This document shows, piece by piece, positions 20,501-29,756 of a DNA stretch of 64,000 nt (the stretch's first letter is position 1; each line of letters begins with the position of its first letter). This stretch comes from Ostreococcus lucimarinus (Eukaryota): assembly GCA_000092065.1 (NCBI GenBank), contig CP000588.1; one strand, 5' to 3'. The position numbers and the translations under genes were made by a program. Below the pieces are notes generated by a model that searched no databases, was not told where the DNA came from, and worked only from the letters and a program-made list of their open reading frames with translations.

Positions 20501-23444
20501 GCACGCATGATAACCGACGAATCTCCGTGACATCATCGTTAATTTCTTGCTCCAGCTCAGGAGATGATCTCCGATTCAGAGATCGCATCATCGTGCACGC
20601 ACCAAGGTTGAGACAACGCAAGCTGTTCACCATCACGCCAACCAAGCCTTTGCCGTCGTAATATCGCGAGTAAGAGAACATAAGCCTGAAAACGAGGGTG
20701 AAGCCGATTATAGAACCGCTCATAACGTGTGCTTTGTCATCAAACGTGAAACTGCATTGCGTCACATTCGAAACCGAACTCCCACACCAATGAATTTTCA
20801 AGAAGTTTGCGAGTACGGATACTGCGCCAGTCAATGCAATTTGAAGCGCAATCTGCGGCACGACTGTGTTTCGCACGTGAAACACGCATGAGACGAAAGA
20901 CCAACCCGTGCGTAGCGCCTGCATGTTCTTTATGGCACCTGTTTTAAATTCTTTCTCGTAGTTTGAGATATTCTTGACGCGGATGGAAGGTGCCGCCAGG
21001 AGTGACTTTTTACTCCGGTTTGCGCCGAGGCTCTCCCTGTAGAGGCCGCCAGCTGTGCTCAAATGATCGCCCAGAATCTTGGCTTCATCCATGAGTTTCA
21101 CCCATGTATCGTCACTGCCTCGCATCTTCATCGCGAACGCACCAAGTCGTTCATGACGAGTAAACATGCGCGAACCCATTCCGCTCAGATCGTGGCGCGG
21201 ACCGGTCCAACTGAACGGCTCCATCATACTTGTGGAAGTCTCGGCGATACCATAAAACGCGAGTGCGACGAGTATCACTGGCACGCTCGTGATCCACTGG
21301 TAGCTCACACTCAAAACAAACGGCATAGTGAAGACATAGAAGAATAGTAAAACTTGCAGCAAGTGTCGAAAACGGTTCGGCACCGGCGTCGACACGACTC
21401 GCATCAAGCCTTGCATCGCCTGCAGCGAGTTGCATACTTTTCGGTAGGCCTCAGCGCTAAAGCGCTCAGTCATAGCGCCTGATCGACCGTATTCTTCAAA
21501 AATTGCGTTTAGTCTCATCCCTACCCACGTCGGGAACGCATGCACGGGTAGAGATTTCAATTCAGGGTGCTCCGATTCTCGAACCAAATCGCAGAGTTTA
21601 CACGCGCCGCCAAACTTGTCCATCGTTAAAATATCATCGAGCTTGACTGTATTTCCCGATGGATCACGACTTATAAGCTCTCGCACGGCGATTCTCGCGA
21701 AGCCATACATGACGTTCGACAAACGCTGCACTTCTCTTGCGTCCGCTTCGACCGCACTCAGGTCGTCATTTTTTGCCGTCGTGAAAATCGCCGAGCACGC
21801 CGTCAACGAACGCAGACTGTTCTGCATACTGACAACCAACTTTTTGGAAGAAATGAAACGCTCGTACCCCCAATCAGTGTTAATGACGAGTAAGAGCGAA
21901 ATAGGCATCGCCAGTATACGATGGGCAGAGAGATCAAACGTCACAAGGCACTGCGACGAGTCAGTGACGTTCCAACCGCACACGAGTATCTTCAGCAACT
22001 GCGCGCCGATACCGACGACGGCCGCGAGGCCAATTTGACGGCCGATGTGAGGAAGCGTAGTCTTTTCCCAAGCAAAGCAATCGATCACGAACCAAAACGG
22101 ATTGCGCCATCTCCGGTAATTCATTGAATCTACCGATAGCGGTTCGTCGTCCACGTCGATGCCGACTACGTCTTTGCTCATCTTGAACGCATCCATCTCC
22201 CGTTCGATTCTTCGAGCTATGACATTCAGGGGGTGAGCCGGAAGCACCCATTTGAATGGATCTTCCAGTGTGCTCGCAATCTCATTGACGCCGTAAAATA
22301 ACCACGCAAGTGTCGCGCTCACGAGCGGCGTTCGCCAATCCATGAGCGAACTGAGCGCAAACGGCGCGGAGAAGATGAACGCGAATAGCAACACCGTCAC
22401 GGTATGAGAGTACTGTTTCGGTGTCGGTGTTTCGATTATCAGCATAGCCTGTCGATAAGCGTCGAGCGCGCGTTGAGACTCGCGAAATGCCTCCATCGCG
22501 GCGCGTTCGCTCAAAACGCCCGCGCGGTGCATGGTTTCGATGCGAGTCAGCGCGTCAATCATAACCGCATCCGGACGATTCTCGACCGCCAACTTCGCGT
22601 ACTCTGTACGTTCGTCACGTTTAGTGAGATTGGAAACGTTCGGAGTGCCGTCGTCATCGCGGTGGAGCAAAGACTCGGTCGAAACGTCGCGCTTGCCGCC
22701 GCGAACGCCGGCGTCGACGACGCCGAATCGCGATTCGCGCAAAGCTTGTCGCATGAACGCGAACGTCAAGTTGCACAATCGACGAATTTCACTCTGAAGC
22801 TCTTCTATCGTCGTCGGCGTATGGTGATCTTTGCTCGAAAACATGGACGCGATCGACCCCGACGCCGGTTCCCGCGCCTCGACGTCCGTCACCGAGGCGA
22901 GATTTCGCAGCGCGTCCTTCACGTCAATCATCGCGAATTTCCCATCCTCGAACCGCCTAAACGCCTGCACCGCGCGAAACACCAGCAAGAACGACAGCAC
23001 CGCCGACACCGCGTAGTGCGCTTCGATCGTAAAAGCGTACCGACACGTCGTCGAGTACCGCTGCGTCTCGTCGCACGCCGACAGTTTCAACCACTGCGCG
23101 CCCGCGCCGACCACTCCCGCCAGCGCGATCTGCGGCGTCACCCTCGACACGCACGCCATCCAGAGCGACACCAAAAACCCGAGCCTCCGCTCGAGATCTC
23201 GCGCGTCGCGCGCGCGTCGCGTCGCCGTCGCGCCCTTCCCGCGTTCGCCCCCTTCCTCGCGCGTCTCGCCGCGTCCAATCCATCGCGTCGTCGCCTCCCC
23301 GTCCCGCGTCGTCGTCGTCGCCGGCGCCGCGTCCCGCACCGCGTCGCGCGCCTCGCCCTCGCGTCCCGTCACCATCGCGATTCGCGTCGTCTCGACGCCG
23401 CGCGTCGTCGCGCGACGTCGACGTTCGTTACCGCGAACGAACAA
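17589..23444 (-). CDS. Giant membrane protein made of five tandem bestrophin-like (UPF0187/VCCN1-type anion channel) domains
   Basis: It is a 1951-aa uninterrupted ORF with five modules of about 330 aa spaced about 390 aa apart, at roughly residues 85-415, 445-765, 845-1175, 1222-1550 and 1615-1945. Each opens with an (R)NTVxPxI TM1 segment: VTPQIALAGVVGAGAQW, LPHIGRQIGLAAVVGIG, RNTVVPQIALQIALTG, RNTVFPHIWPMMFVMM, RGTLILPTLPFIF. Each carries a conserved FA(F/S)MRQ(A/S)(L/V)RE loop helix and closes with the bestrophin-type xxPF(K/G/S)W...(H/N)DL motif: LEDPFKW, MEPFSW...HDL, ADPFGWEDPKHDL, EEPFTRDVMCSNDL, NPFKW. Confidence 0.65.
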   Translation of the reverse strand: MFVRGNERRRRATTRGVETTRIAMVTGREGEARDAVRDAAPATTTTRDGEATTRWIGRGETREEGGERGKGATATRRARDARDLERRLGFLVSLWMACVSRVTPQIALAGVVGAGAQWLKLSACDETQRYSTTCRYAFTIEAHYAVSAVLSFLLVFRAVQAFRRFEDGKFAMIDVKDALRNLASVTDVEAREPASGSIASMFSSKDHHTPTTIEELQSEIRRLCNLTFAFMRQALRESRFGVVDAGVRGGKRDVSTESLLHRDDDGTPNVSNLTKRDERTEYAKLAVENRPDAVMIDALTRIETMHRAGVLSERAAMEAFRESQRALDAYRQAMLIIETPTPKQYSHTVTVLLFAFIFSAPFALSSLMDWRTPLVSATLAWLFYGVNEIASTLEDPFKWVLPAHPLNVIARRIEREMDAFKMSKDVVGIDVDDEPLSVDSMNYRRWRNPFWFVIDCFAWEKTTLPHIGRQIGLAAVVGIGAQLLKILVCGWNVTDSSQCLVTFDLSAHRILAMPISLLLVINTDWGYERFISSKKLVVSMQNSLRSLTACSAIFTTAKNDDLSAVEADAREVQRLSNVMYGFARIAVRELISRDPSGNTVKLDDILTMDKFGGACKLCDLVRESEHPELKSLPVHAFPTWVGMRLNAIFEEYGRSGAMTERFSAEAYRKVCNSLQAMQGLMRVVSTPVPNRFRHLLQVLLFFYVFTMPFVLSVSYQWITSVPVILVALAFYGIAETSTSMMEPFSWTGPRHDLSGMGSRMFTRHERLGAFAMKMRGSDDTWVKLMDEAKILGDHLSTAGGLYRESLGANRSKKSLLAAPSIRVKNISNYEKEFKTGAIKNMQALRTGWSFVSCVFHVRNTVVPQIALQIALTGAVSVLANFLKIHWCGSSVSNVTQCSFTFDDKAHVMSGSIIGFTLVFRLMFSYSRYYDGKGLVGVMVNSLRCLNLGACTMMRSLNRRSSPELEQEINDDVTEIRRLSCVLMAFMRQAVRERRHGVEPFTLKKLSPTDEEMIDDPRGWPSLSVMLTDAEKARYLKCDYRARVGCCASKMIAIIDERRRLGHISERSAFEMLGRIEACVNAVADIERIVSSSMPFAFIHLMNFVVFFFALSSPFVFITSYKWLAVVPSMLVTLSLFGIAELGSLLADPFGWEDPKHDLTKVGWALYTETIAIHEKCARAVGDAEETTHSGVDALVLSGAAAPKALRDLTVWEAVRRQRGVDSTSSYFSYLFRLRNTVFPHIWPMMFVMMFIGVGAQFYKLEFCGDDVTDHRMCDVVFAPAAVSIIGRMTMFAVVYRFFFAFRVFYEAKTGIYDLLYSLYTLNIQACAHLRELSRAGKPIKDNSAKAVRKARYAVLRLSCALFASMRQSLNKDLAHGETKTKLSDAHTLFYDEDAESLLGALLDEEGKNSFLKLFDASSEERVATIAARLLAEVETARSSGCITNRGAAMMANSMQTALHAFSRCTRARNTRAPYSLKHLINIVLFLWMFATASVIVVAFTYMTWLPLGILALTLYGMIDIAGLLEEPFTRDVMCSNDLIVMGQSLWKSCAHTHESLAESDELKAEISLLVKRVEEKRLDVGKECYEEVRQKVDQTAVAPAWTYDREMPAGWTFPKQRSFRSGKFGIFTEFVSLRGTLILPTLPFIFAACAAAMGLYFLSEAVCDKDELYTTGQCKTLITPEGHTIAVPVLGFCIAHLLNLTYTRYYTAREYLDNLIDYGRDLVIELNTAFQSSETDEDCAAHAKMLSMLNSLMAFARQSIRESRVGYPSTFRPKEELTPNTVLDDDFFGAPSTKDLMNAEQRNAYAGIAPAFRVSKCSGELKRAMRSLPKSQVNNEQRLYRIYHDIDCILDAWTNCETIVSTPIPPFYMYSVYLLCYVFVLTSPLAFIHSYGVAVAVPVGLLTFVVCGIVRVSTEMMNPFKWSASSHEINEVSMKVYRLTRVFPAAAPSRG

Positions 23445-23670
23445 TCACGCGCGACGCGCGCGATCGTCCGCGCGCGCGTCCGCGCGCGTCGTCCGCGCGC
23501 CCTCGCGCGCGCGTTCGACGCGTCGAATTTTGCTTCGCCCGCGTCGCCGTCGCGACGCGCGTCGTCGCCGTCGCCGCGATGTGCCGCGGCGTCGTTCGCG
23601 CGTCGCGACGGCGCGGGCGTTACGGCGCGCGCGTCGGGAGACGAGCGGACGCGACAGCGCGCCGCGCGCG

Positions 23671-23857
23671 ATGCCCGCGCGCGCGCCGACGCGCGACGGG
23701 AAATTCGCGCGATCGCGCGGCGCGTACACCGCGCGCCGGCGCGCGGCGACGCTCGAGCGACAGCGCGCGGCGAAGCGCGACGCGCTCGCCGTCGCGCGCG
23801 CCGTCGCGCGCGTCGCGACGCGACGCGACGGCGCGACGCGCGACGCGCGCGGTGCGC

Positions 23858-23897
<40 letters not shown>

Positions 23898-25083
23898 CGA
23901 TGGCCGCGGCGCGACGGACGCGGCGCGCGACGACGACGCGAGAGACGCGAGAGACGACGAAGACGCGAGAGACGACGCGAGAGACGACGCGGACGTCGTC
24001 GCGCAGCCGGAGTGGATGTGGGACGACGCGCCGGATGATTTTCGCGAGCGGTGGTACGCGCGCGCGCGACCGCGCGGGACGCGGTGCGTGGTGGTGGCGA
24101 CGCGGGGACGAACGACGGCGCGGAGCGCGCGGGACGGGACGACGCTGCGGACGTTTCAATCGGGATTGCCGGGAGGGAGCGCGCGGACGAGTCGAGGGCG
24201 GAGCGGGGAGTGCTTTTGCATACTCGATTGCGTGTTCGCGGAGGATGAGCGGGCGAGGAATGAGACGGGCGGGCGAGGGAAGGAGGCGGCGACGGCGAAC
24301 GCGCGAGGCGCGTATCACGTGTTGGACGTCATGGCTTGGAACGGGGCGGCGATGTACGATTGCGACGCGGAGTTTCGGTTTTTCTGGGCGCACACGCGAT
24401 TGACGGAGGAGTGCGACGCGTGTGAGGCGCCGAACGCGGCGCTGGGGAGAGACTTCGCGTTCGTCCCGACGCCGTGGTACGAGTGCGACGTCGACGGCGT
24501 CTCGAGAGCGTACGCGGGAGATATCGGTACCGAGATCGATGGGTTGCTGTTTTACCACAAAGAGGCGGCGTACGAAAATGGCGCGACGCCGCTCGTGTTG
24601 GCGTGGCGCGATGCGAAGACGTCGGCGTTTTTCACGCGCGACGAAGGCGCGGCGACGGTGCTCTCGCGCGCGGGCGTCGTCCTCCCGGGAGACCCCACCG
24701 CGGCGCAAATCATCACCTTGACGAAGTCGAGCGACGGAAGATTCTTCGTCACCGGTGACGATGAGCCAATGGTCATCGCCGCCGTGGATGCGGTACCGCG
24801 GGCGTCGGAGAAAGTCGCCGCGCCCGCGACGCTCGAGCCGGGCCGCTCGGGCCGTTTTCTCGTCGGTCCGTCGGGATTCGACGTCGACGTCGAAACCGCG
24901 CACGTGCGAAGCGCTGACTTGCACTATCTCGGTCCGAAACCACCGAAGCGACGCGGTGTCGATCGCGCGGACGCGCTTTCGAAGATCCTCTTCAACGCTC
25001 GAGCGCGAACGGCGCCGCTCGGCATCGACGCTCTGTTGTCCGCCGCCGCCGCGGACGCCCCCATGACCGATCACGCGCGTTGA
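23671..25083 (+). CDS. SNUPN: Snurportin-1 (m3G-cap snRNP import adaptor) homolog
   Basis: CVVVATRGRTTARSARDGTTLRTFQSGLPGG, ILDC...YHVLDVMAWNGAAMYDCDAEFRFFWAHTRLTEE and VDGLLFYHKEAAYENGATPLVLAW match SNUPN blocks IVVVCPVGKRALIVASRG...SLLPGG, ILDC...[33 protein letters not shown] and VDGLLFYHKQTHY..STPLVGW. The N-terminus is R-rich (IBB-like) with poly-Asp. The track ORF starts at 23530 with a non-ATG codon; the first ATG is at 23671. Confidence 0.75.
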
Positions 25084-25253
25084 ACACGTCGACGATCCGA
25101 CACAGTCGTACTAGTTTTAGCTTGTCATCGCTAGCGTTCATCTTAGGGAAACGTCGCGCTCGCGTCGCCTTCTGCAAAACTCGTCGCGCTCGCGTCCCGC
25201 TCGCGCTCCCGCGAACGCCTCTCCCGCGCGCGTCGCCGCACTTCGCCGCGCCC

Positions 25254-27317
25254 ATGGGTTCGTCCACGCCGAAGAAGGAGAAGAAAGAAAAGAAGGAGAA
25301 GAAAGAGAAGCGCTCGAGCGAGGACAAATCGCCGGGCGGCGGCGATGAGCGGTCGAAAAAGCAAAAAGTGCAGGACGATGGCGGCGGCGGCGAACCCACG
25401 CGCGTGCGCGTCGTTGGACTCACGAAGACCGCGAACGCGGACGGCGTGGGCGCGTTTCTGGGTTTGGACGCCGCGAGCGTCGTGGTCGGGATGTGGGGAA
25501 CGCACGGGAAAGGCCCGAAGCCACCGGGAGGGCAAGCGTTCGCGACGACGGCGTCCCGAAGCGCGGCGGAGAAGCTCGTCGAGGCGTTCGATGGAAAAAC
25601 GCTGGATGGAGTCGAGTTGAAGGTGATAGTGGATGATGGAGACGTCGCGGTGCACTCGAATGGGGGAGTGACGCCCGGGAAGGACGCGAAGCCGACGATA
25701 AAGACCATGGAGGTGCCGCGACCGCCGTTGTTCGGCGGCGGCGGCGGCGCGGCGGCGAATGTATCCGTGTCAAACGCCGATACCGCGCCTTCGATGTCGC
25801 CGCATGATGTACGAGCGGACGATTGGTCGTGTGGGGCGTGTGGGTGTAGTAACTTTGCACGGCGAACGTCGTGCTTTAGGTGTGCGGCGCCGAAGAGCGC
25901 GACGACGAGCGGGGCGCCGGCGACTGCGGTGAACACCGCGGCGGCGCGCGCGTCAGCGCAAGGAAACGCACAAGATGGGTATGAGGTGTTTTTGAAGTAT
26001 TTGCCGCACAGCGCGAACGAAGAGGAGGTGACCAAGTATTTCGCCGACTGCGGCGCCATGGTCAGTCAGGCGCGTCTGTTGCGCGACCCGCAGTCGGGTC
26101 AACCCAAAGGAGCGGGATTCATCACGTTCGTAGACGAAGCGGGCAGAAACGAGGCGTTGAAGCGCGACGGTGCGCGATTCGGCGGTCGCAACGTGTCCGT
26201 GACGGTGGCGAAAAAGAGCACGTTCGGCGTGCGCGCCACGGATCAGGCGTACGGAACGCACACGCCGGCGATGTTAGCGGAAACCATCGCGGCTCTCGTC
26301 GCCCCTGATCGCTCGGGCGTGTACGTGGACGGAACTTTCGGACGTGGAGGTCACACGCGCGGAATTCTCGCCGCGCTTTCCGCCGAGGGTCGCTTGCACG
26401 CGTTCGACATGGATCCAGAGGCGATCAAGGTGGGCAAGGAGCTCGAAAGAGAAGACTCCAGGTTTAAGATTCACCACGCCCCGTTCGGATGCATGGCGGA
26501 CGTTTTGAGACCGCTCGGCGTGAAACCGTCTGGAGTATTCTTAGATTTAGGGATTTCTTCGCCCCAATTCGACGACTCGTCGCGAGGGTTCCGACCCGAG
26601 CAAGACGGTCCGCTCGACTTGCGCTTTGACGTCGAGCGCGGCGTCCCCGCGAGCGAGTATCTCAGACTCGTTTCGCGCGAAGAACTTCGACGGGTGATTC
26701 ACGAATACGGTGAGACCACTGATCCAATCGCCGCCCGTCGAATCACGGACGCCATCGTGCTCGCGCGTGAAAACGGTTCGCTCCCGAGCACGACGAAGGA
26801 ATTCGCCGCCCTCGTCGCCAAGGCCAAAGGCAAAGAATACCAGATGATGCATCCCGCCAAGCTCACGTTCCAAGCTTTACGCATCGCGCTGAACCAAGAG
26901 TTTGACGAGATGCGACGCGGTATGCACGCCGCATTCGATATCATGCCCGAACACGGACGTTTGGGCATCCTCACCTGGAAGCACAGCGAGTGCGCCATCG
27001 TCGTCGACTTTTTCCGCGACTACGAAGTCATCCGCGACGACTTCCCCCTCTACGAGTGGGCGCTCAAGAACCACGCCGATAAGTGCTCGAAGAAGCTTGA
27101 ACGCAAGTGGGGCATGCACATGGACGACGCTCAGCGCCCGAGCGAGCAAGAGATGCGTCAAAACAGCCGTTCGCGTTCCGCGACGCTTCACGTCCTCCGC
27201 AAGCGCGAAGCCGTGCGCATCGCCGACTTGGAGCGCCTCTCGTACAAGCTCAAGGGTTGGGGCAAGATCCCAGACGCGAAACCGGCGCCACCGGTGACGT
27301 TCAACTACAAGATATAG
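25254..27317 (+). CDS. Fusion protein: K/E-rich N-terminus, RRM-like domain, RanBP2-type zinc finger, RRM, and an RsmH/MraW-type rRNA N4-cytosine methyltransferase domain
   Basis: The RanBP2 zinc finger is DDWSCGACGCSNFARRTSCFRCAAP. The RRM has RNP2 VFLKYLP and RNP1 KGAGFITF. The RsmH motifs are YVDGTFGRGGHTRGIL, LGISSPQFDDSSRGF, and a C-terminal cap domain. The first ATG (MGSSTPKKEKKEKKEK) is at 25254. An upstream in-frame S/T/R-rich stretch starting at a TTG at 25080 could be part of a presequence. Confidence 0.75.
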   Translation: MGSSTPKKEKKEKKEKKEKRSSEDKSPGGGDERSKKQKVQDDGGGGEPTRVRVVGLTKTANADGVGAFLGLDAASVVVGMWGTHGKGPKPPGGQAFATTASRSAAEKLVEAFDGKTLDGVELKVIVDDGDVAVHSNGGVTPGKDAKPTIKTMEVPRPPLFGGGGGAAANVSVSNADTAPSMSPHDVRADDWSCGACGCSNFARRTSCFRCAAPKSATTSGAPATAVNTAAARASAQGNAQDGYEVFLKYLPHSANEEEVTKYFADCGAMVSQARLLRDPQSGQPKGAGFITFVDEAGRNEALKRDGARFGGRNVSVTVAKKSTFGVRATDQAYGTHTPAMLAETIAALVAPDRSGVYVDGTFGRGGHTRGILAALSAEGRLHAFDMDPEAIKVGKELEREDSRFKIHHAPFGCMADVLRPLGVKPSGVFLDLGISSPQFDDSSRGFRPEQDGPLDLRFDVERGVPASEYLRLVSREELRRVIHEYGETTDPIAARRITDAIVLARENGSLPSTTKEFAALVAKAKGKEYQMMHPAKLTFQALRIALNQEFDEMRRGMHAAFDIMPEHGRLGILTWKHSECAIVVDFFRDYEVIRDDFPLYEWALKNHADKCSKKLERKWGMHMDDAQRPSEQEMRQNSRSRSATLHVLRKREAVRIADLERLSYKLKGWGKIPDAKPAPPVTFNYKI

Positions 27318-27414
27318 CGCGTCGTCGTTCGTCGCATTCTAGCTTTGTCCCGTTGTCAATCGTCGCCTCGACGAAGTCTTTCCCAGCTCGCGCCGCACTC
27401 CCGCGCGCCGCACC

Positions 27415-27786
27415 ATGCGCGTCGGCGTCCCGTCGACGCGCGCGCCGTCGACGCGCCCATCGCCATCGTTCGCGCCGTCCGCGTCGTCGTCGTCCGCGCG
27501 CGCGTCGCGCCCCGCGCGCGCGAACACCGTCTCGACACTCTTCGCAACCGGCGACGACGCGCGCGGCGACGCGTCGCGTCGCGCCGATCCCGCGCCCGAG
27601 ACGCGGTGTCCGGTGTGCCGCGGCACGGGCTGGAAGCCGTGCGGGCAGTGCGAGGGCACGGGGATCAACCCGAGCGACGCGTTCGGGGGCAAGTTTAAAG
27701 CCGGCGACGCGTGTTGGCTGTGCGAGGGCAAAAACGGCGCGCGGACGATGTGCGGGAACTGCGTCGACCTCACGGACACGTTTTGA
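27415..27786 (+). CDS. Small DnaJ-type zinc-finger protein (BSD2/PSA2-like), probably plastid-targeted
   Basis: An Ala/Ser/Arg-rich presequence is followed by CxxCxGxG repeats: CPVCRGTGWKPCGQCEGTG ... CWLCEGKNGARTMCGNC. Confidence 0.5.
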   Translation: MRVGVPSTRAPSTRPSPSFAPSASSSSARASRPARANTVSTLFATGDDARGDASRRADPAPETRCPVCRGTGWKPCGQCEGTGINPSDAFGGKFKAGDACWLCEGKNGARTMCGNCVDLTDTF

Positions 27787-27858
27787 GCGCGCGCGTCGTC
27801 TCATCCACCGACGTTTTGTCTTCTATTCGTCCTGATCTAATCTACCGACGTTTGTTTT

Positions 27859-28587
27859 CTACTCGTCTCTCTCTCTCGCGCGCGCGCGGCGTCGACCCGC
27901 CTCGCGACCGTTGACGTACTCGGCGGTTTCGACGAGCTCGCGCAGAAACGCGTCGACGCCCGACGCCCCGTCGTCGTTCTCCAACACCTCCAGCATGAAC
28001 TCCCGCTGACGCCGCGTGACGAACGCGATGCACTTCTCGGGACATCGCTCGCTCGCGCACCACTCGGCGTACGCCAGCGCCGACGTCTCGTCCGCGCTCG
28101 CGTCCCCGAAGTCATCCCGCTCGATCCATCGCGCCTTCCCGGTCGTCGCGTCCGCGACGAACGACCTCGGCGCCGCCTCGACGCAGCTCGACGCGCACGC
28201 CGCCGCGCCACGACACCGCGTCGCCGCGACGAATCCGTGTCGCGCGCCGTCGAACGTCCTTGCGAGCGTCTTCGCCGCGAACGCGTCGCCGTCGCCGTCG
28301 CTCGCGCTCGCGAGCGTCCCGTCGCGCGCTGACGCCATCGCGCGCTCGTACGCCGCGCGCACCGCGAGCGCGCGCGCGGTCGACCCTCGCGCGGCGTCCG
28401 GGTGCGCGTCGCGCATCGTCGCGCGGTACGCGTCGCGCACGTCTCGCTCGGTGAGCGTCGCGGCGTCGCGCGCGTCGAGCCCGAGGCGTCGCAGCGCCGA
28501 CGCCGCGTCGTCCGAGGACGACGCCGCGACGCGCGACGCGCGGCGCGGCGGCGGAAAACGCGTCGGCGCGAATCCGAGCGCGCGCAT
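27859..28587 (-). CDS. J-domain protein with C-terminal Cys-rich ferredoxin-like domain (CDJ3-5/DjC-Fd-like)
   Basis: The J-domain LGLDARDAATLTERDVRDAYRATMRDAHPDAARG...AAYERAM has the HPD tripeptide. The C-terminus has CRGAAACASSC ... ERCPEKC. The longer 532-aa ORF in the track (27837..29435) is antisense to the SpoU gene and is rejected. Confidence 0.5.
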   Translation of the reverse strand: MRALGFAPTRFPPPRRASRVAASSSDDAASALRRLGLDARDAATLTERDVRDAYRATMRDAHPDAARGSTARALAVRAAYERAMASARDGTLASASDGDGDAFAAKTLARTFDGARHGFVAATRCRGAAACASSCVEAAPRSFVADATTGKARWIERDDFGDASADETSALAYAEWCASERCPEKCIAFVTRRQREFMLEVLENDDGASGVDAFLRELVETAEYVNGREAGRRRARARERDE

Positions 28588-28658
28588 CGAAGTGCGGCGC
28601 GGATTCGACGCAAAACGCGACGCGACGCGGCGCTAAAGCGCGTCGCGAGTCCCGCGAA

Positions 28659-29670
28659 CATGCGCGGCGCGTCGCGTCGCGCCGCCGCGGTCGTCGCGCG
28701 CGCGCCGGGGCGCGCGGCGTCCCAGTCGCGCGCGCGTCGAATCCGCGAATTGCACTTTTCGGGCGACGAAAACGCCGCGCACCGCGCGCCGCGCGCGCGA
28801 ACGGCGCGCGCGAGCGCGCGAGACGGTCGACGCGCGCACGCCGCCGATGCGGACGGCGTCGAGCGCGTGTCGAGCGCGGAGAACGCGACGGTGAAGCACT
28901 TTGTAAAGTTGTGCAAGAGCAAGGCGTACCGGGACGAGCGCGGGACGGTGGTGCTGTCGTCGAGCGTGCTCATGCGCGAGTGCTTCGGGCGCGCGGGAGA
29001 GGGGCGCGAAGCGAAAACGCTGTTCGTCGCGGATTGGGCGGAGGCGCCGGCGGGAATTCGGGCGAAGAGGGTGATTCGGGCGCCGGCGAGCGTGCTGAAA
29101 AAGTGCGCGGGGGTGAACAACGCGGACGGGTTGGACGCCGTGGGGGAGTTCGCGTCGCCGGTGATCATGAACGCGCGCGAGTTCGTCGATGGTGCGAAAC
29201 AGAGGGACGTCGTGCGCGTGCTCGCGGTGGAGGGGGTGCAAGATCCCGGGAATTTGGGAACGCTCACGCGCACGGCGGTGGCGTTCGGTTGGGACACCGT
29301 GGCTTTACTTCCGGGAACGTGCGATCCGTTCAACGACAAGGCGATGCGCGCGGCGCGTGGGGCGACGTTTCGAGTCGATTTCGTCGCCTTCGATTCGTTC
29401 GACGATCTCGCGAGCGCTGGAAGAGAATTGAACATGGAGTTGTACGCCGCCGAGCCGAGCGCGAAAGAAGACGTCGACCCCGAACGGGCAAAGGCTGTGG
29501 CGAAGGCGTGTCTGGTGCTCGGTACCGAAGGTCAAGGATTGAGCGACGATGCCTTGCGCGCGTGCAAGCCGGTGGCGATTCCGATGTCGGGGGAGATGGA
29601 AAGCTTAAACGTCGGCATCGCGGGTGGCGTTCTGATGTATTTGATGCAGGCTACTACGAAGACCCGATGA
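28659..29670 (+). CDS. SpoU/TrmH-family RNA 2'-O-ribose methyltransferase (RlmB-like), probably organellar
   Basis: The SPOUT motifs are VEGVQDPGNLGTLTRTAVAFG, LVLGTEGQGLS and IPMSGEMESLNVGIAGGVLMY. The first ATG is at 28659; the track ORF extends upstream from a non-ATG start. Confidence 0.8.
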
Positions 29671-29756
29671 ATTAGAAGAAACTAGCTACGTGCGTGTGTG
29701 ATAAAATATAGCGCAGAAATAGTACAGTGGCGGTTGCTTCGTTCGTTCGACGTGCC

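Noticed and set aside
22404-25074. Long Arg-rich ORFs 22404..24038 (+), 23579..24403 (+) and 23620..25074 (-)
   Set aside because: They are alternative-frame or antisense reads across the bestrophin and snurportin genes, made of homopolymeric R/A/T runs.
27837-29435. 532-aa minus-strand ORF
   Set aside because: It is antisense to the SpoU methyltransferase gene and is a Ser/Thr/Arg low-complexity translation. Only its 3' 242-codon segment, in a different start context, is a plausible J-domain gene.
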